This document shows positions 60,500 to 64,000 of a DNA stretch of 64,000 bases, piece by piece. Numbering within the stretch: position 1 is the first letter of the stretch; each line of letters opens with the position of its first letter. The notes beneath the pieces are model-generated. The model was not told the DNA's origin, searched no databases, and worked only from the letters and a program-made list of their open reading frames with translations. The position numbers and the translations under genes were made by a program. Source of the stretch: Sphyrna mokarran (lineage: Eukaryota); NCBI GenBank assembly GCA_024679065.1, contig JAGIQG010000014.1, positions 19,034,001 to 19,098,000 of the forward strand, written 5' to 3'.

Positions 60500-60802
60500 A
60501 TTTATTTAATTATTGTCACAAATAGGTTTACATTAATATTACAGTGAAGTCACTGTGAAAATCTTCTAGTTGCCACACTTTAGCACCTGTTCGGGTTTGC
60601 TGAGGGAGAATTTTTTAGCATAGCCAATGCACCCTAACTAGCACGTCTTTCAGACTGTGGGAGGAAACCAGAACACCCAGAGGAAACCCATGCAGACATG
60701 GGGAGAATGTGCAAACTCCACAGAAACATTGACCCAAGCCAGGAATCGAACCAGGGTTGCTGCACTGAGGCAGCAGTACTAACCGCAGTGCCACTATGCC
60801 AC
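60500..60802 (-). mobile_element. V-SINE (non-CR1 tail)
   Basis: Reverse complement of the 53716-54005 type. Confidence 0.9.
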
Positions 60803-61329
60803 TCCAACTTTGACACCATGCATCTGATGTGGGAACAGAACGTTGAGGGAAAGACCACTTTCTTAAGAACAAACCTGTCCAGTTTTGAAAACAGTGGCAA
60901 ATTTTAGACAGAATTGGAGAGTCCAAGTTCATTCATTGCAACTTCAACCAAGAATGAAAACTAGCAAGACCAGCTATGTGCAAAAGATACCTGATAACAT
61001 ATAAAAAAACACTTCTCTACCAAGAACTACAGAAAAGATCGAGCCTCTTTATAGCCAGTATTTTCTAGTAGCATCTAACACTCTTAGCTAATCCCACTGG
61101 GAAAAAGTGGGAATGTATGGCTTAATTTCAGAGCACCATGATGAACACCATTCAGAAGAGAGGCGGTCTCCGAGGACCAGTTACCCCAGCACTTCCTGCC
61201 CTTGCTACAATGTATTCTCTTGCAAATACGCCCATGAATCTTTACAAACAGGTGAAGTGCATCACCCGTATCTCCATTCGCCTCATTATGAGTAATGAAC
61301 TTGAATAAAAGAGAACAAACACAGGGGAA

Positions 61330-61790
61330 ATAAAAAAAAACAAGTCCCCATGTGCTTTCTGTAATGAATTGTTATGGAGCCATGAAAGTCTCTATTTCGC
61401 TCTCGGTGAATATTGTTTCATGATTTGAAGGCCATTGAACAAGCAGTAATTTTTTTCATTAAAGCTGTTAATCTTCTCGATGCTTATCACAAGATTTTGT
61501 TTATATGAAAAAAATATACTGCTGCCCACGCCTTGCACAGCAAGTCACAAGTTCATCTACAATAACTGTGATTTTTTTTCTGATAATTAGTTTTAATTAT
61601 TGTTGATGCTGCTCGCGGTGTCAAATCTCTGGTGACAACTTCTAATTTGTGTATGGAAGGCAGTGCAGGCCAGTAAACTGCTTGTCAGACACCGTTCTGT
61701 CACACGGTGCTTCACGATTGATTGAGACAGCTCATGCAAATGCAGAATGAAACATTTATGTTCTGCGTTTTGGTCCATATTTTTTCTTTT
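61330..61790. promoter_or_regulatory. Candidate conserved non-coding element or enhancer
   Basis: Repeat-free, AT-rich with retained CpGs, several TAAT/ATTA and TGACA/TGTCA motifs and an octamer ATGCAAAT at 61734-61741. Conservation not tested. Confidence 0.35.
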
Positions 61791-61974
61791 TGCAATGACA
61801 CAAGCATAATAAAAAAGAATTCTTACCAGAAGACTACATTAACTCTTCGCACATCAGCCTCTGTGCTTTCCAAGGAATGCTGAAGAGCTGCGAATAAGGA
61901 TAGGCCTCGAACAACTACAGCTGGAGTGGCAAGGCTGAGGTCAATTGAAGCACAACCTTCACCCTTTCCCTTTG

Positions 61975-62078
61975 TTCTTACCTTCAATGGTGGATCACAC
62001 GGTTGGAGGAGAATCAAGTCTTCGCTTCTTACTTTCTGTGATGGATTGCATAGTTGGAGGAGAATCAAGTTTTTGCTT
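61975..62078. repeat. Two-copy 51 bp tandem duplication
   Basis: gttggaggagaatcaagt recurs with period 51. Confidence 0.88.
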
Positions 62079-62269
62079 TGTGACGTAGCATGAGGAATTT
62101 TGGGACCCTGCCCCGAACACAGAAAATTGCCTTATGCAGATATTAAGCAAAGATCCATCTTGGTTGCAGCATCTGCTGCAGTTGAAGGCACTACTAATGC
62201 TTATTGGGAAAGCTCACACTCAGAAAATGAGATATATTACTATATCCTTACGTTACAAAGCAGCACCTT

Positions 62270-62635
62270 TTTTTTATATTAACTTGCAGGACACAAGTGT
62301 CACTGGCTGGGCCGGCATCTAATGCCTGTTCCTAACTGCCATCCATTACAGAAGGCATTTGATAATCAACCACGTTACTGTCAGACACAGACAGTGGGTC
62401 TAGAGTAATGTACTGGCCAGATCGGGTAAGGAAGACAGATTTCCTACACTAAAGGACATTAGTGATCCAGATGAGTTTTTAAAATAATCGACAATGGCCA
62501 TTATTAGACTTTTATTTCCAGGCATTTATCGAATTCAAATTACACTATCTGTCGTGGTTGGATTTGAACCAGTATCTCCACATCTTGCCCTGGATTACAA
62601 ATTCCAGTGACAATACCACTGCACCACTCCCTCCC
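62270..62635 (-). mobile_element. tRNA-derived SINE with LINE-derived tail
   Basis: Reverse complement of the 30155/55101 family; cagatttcctacactaaaggacattagtga. Confidence 0.8.
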
Positions 62636-62939
62636 CTCCACCTTCAAGGGATGAAATGAAGAGCAAAGAGTTAGTTCAGCAGCACAGAATTTTGTTCATG
62701 TTTAACTTGTTCACCTGTTAGGCGATTGTCCTATCATGCAGTGTTCTAATGTCAGCAGGTGATTTAATGTTATGACAACTATGAGATGCATTGTATTCGA
62801 TCTCATAATTTCTTAAATAAAATTAGGGTTAGTGACTACCAGGAATGGAATGTTGAGTAAATTAAGTGTGGGAATTGATGAATTGCTGGTAAAAGGAAAT
62901 GATGTGGGGGAGGCTAACAGTGTGATATCATGATAAGTC

Positions 62940-63410
62940 AAGTCCTCTGCATTGGGAAATTATCTCATTCTTGGGCTTGTAAATCCTGGAGTCAGCATCA
63001 AACTACTGCAGAAGACCTCTGAGTCAGTAGACTGTGAGCACAAGCCTGGAGACTGGAGCATCTGATGTGTAAAATGCAGCACTGCAGGGAATGCTGCACT
63101 GTCAGAAGTATCATCTTTCAGATCAGATATTGAACCAAAGGCCCCGGCTGTCTTCACAGTTGGACTTAGAAACTCCTGTAATGCTATTTGAAGAAGAAAT
63201 GTGTGAATTCTCCTGCTGTCCTGGTAAATATATATCCCTTAACCAATGCCTCATTAAAAAAAATCCGGGCATTTAATTAATTGCTCTTTGTGGAACATGT
63301 TTGTGAAAATTCACTGTCACATTACAACAGTGACTACTTCAAAAGTATTTCATTGGCTGTTCAGCACTTTGGGATTTCCTCAATGTGTCAATGCAGTTTG
63401 TAATTTCTTT
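62940..63410 (+). mobile_element. Deu-domain SINE
   Basis: gggaatgctgcactgtcaga...atcccttaacca...acattacaacagtgactacttcaaaagtatttcattggctg. Confidence 0.78.
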
Positions 63411-63487
63411 AATATTGGTTTTCTGCCAATCAGAGGATGATTTTGACATGACTTTTACTTACCTTGAGAAACTTCAGCATAAGTGGA

Positions 63488-63731
63488 TGTAATGATACAT
63501 CTAGAGACTTTGTCAGAACACAAAGGGTGTTTATCAATAAGGAAAAACTGTACAATATACATCCCCCAGAGCAGCCCACCAGCTGCCTCAATTTCTATGT
63601 GTCTTCTACCTACTTTTGCTTGAGAGGGGATTCGACACCTCTGGGGTGATTATCCAATCCCAGTCCCAATTGGTTCCTCAAGCCAGGTGACGCTATTCTG
63701 CTATGTTCCCCTTAAAAGAACAGTCACCACA
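63488..63731. mobile_element. Probable solo LTR
   Basis: 244 bp segment starting TGT and ending ACA, flanked by gtgga/atgga (5 bp TSD with one mismatch). Confidence 0.5.
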
Positions 63732-63896
63732 ATGGAAAAGGGAGAAAGGAAGTACCTTTGAAAGTTAAAGTCCTATTGCATAAGAAATTAATTTCTTGAG
63801 TCCACATTGGATTGGTGCAAGGGAACCTTATGTACTCACATTGTATATCAAAAGTTAAAAAACTGCAGACTTTGGACACTTGAATTTGCAAAATCT

Positions 63897-64000
63897 ACCC
63901 CCCTCCCATTACATCTCACAACTCTCCAATCCATCTAATCTCCCCCCTCACTCCTTCCCACAACCCCATCCCTCCATCTCCCTCAACCCTCCCCCCACCC
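63897..64000. repeat. C-rich low-complexity tract
   Basis: Directly visible C/T-rich run to the window edge. Confidence 0.75.

Noticed and set aside
61975-62078. Repeat-spacer-repeat pattern resembling CRISPR
   Set aside because: Only two units, the intervening sequence is also duplicated, there are no cas genes and the context is vertebrate.

Overview
This is eukaryotic, repeat-dominated DNA, not prokaryotic. The repeat complement (CR1/HER1-type LINEs, HE1/V-SINEs, Deu-domain SINEs, Penelope-like elements, Rex1-like LINE, a decayed Gypsy element, GGGC-ended MITEs) points to a cartilaginous fish, most likely a shark, and to an intron or gene desert. I cannot identify any host protein-coding gene. 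The only long intact ORF is a CR1 ORF2 (APE endonuclease plus reverse transcriptase, 41641-44409) in a young 5'-truncated copy. Points worth a second look: (1) a T_TTA_AAC slippery heptamer in the correct phase at the CR1 ORF1 stop, next to an ORF2 with no upstream ATG, and echoed in a second older CR1 family; (2) a ~190 bp inverted duplication of non-TE-looking, CNE-like DNA; (3) a duplicated ~156 bp unit whose hairpin shows a compensatory change; (4) several locally templated insertions; (5) a phase-compatible chain of candidate micro-exons. Repeat family names come from recognition by eye, not from database searches, and boundaries of old repeats are approximate.
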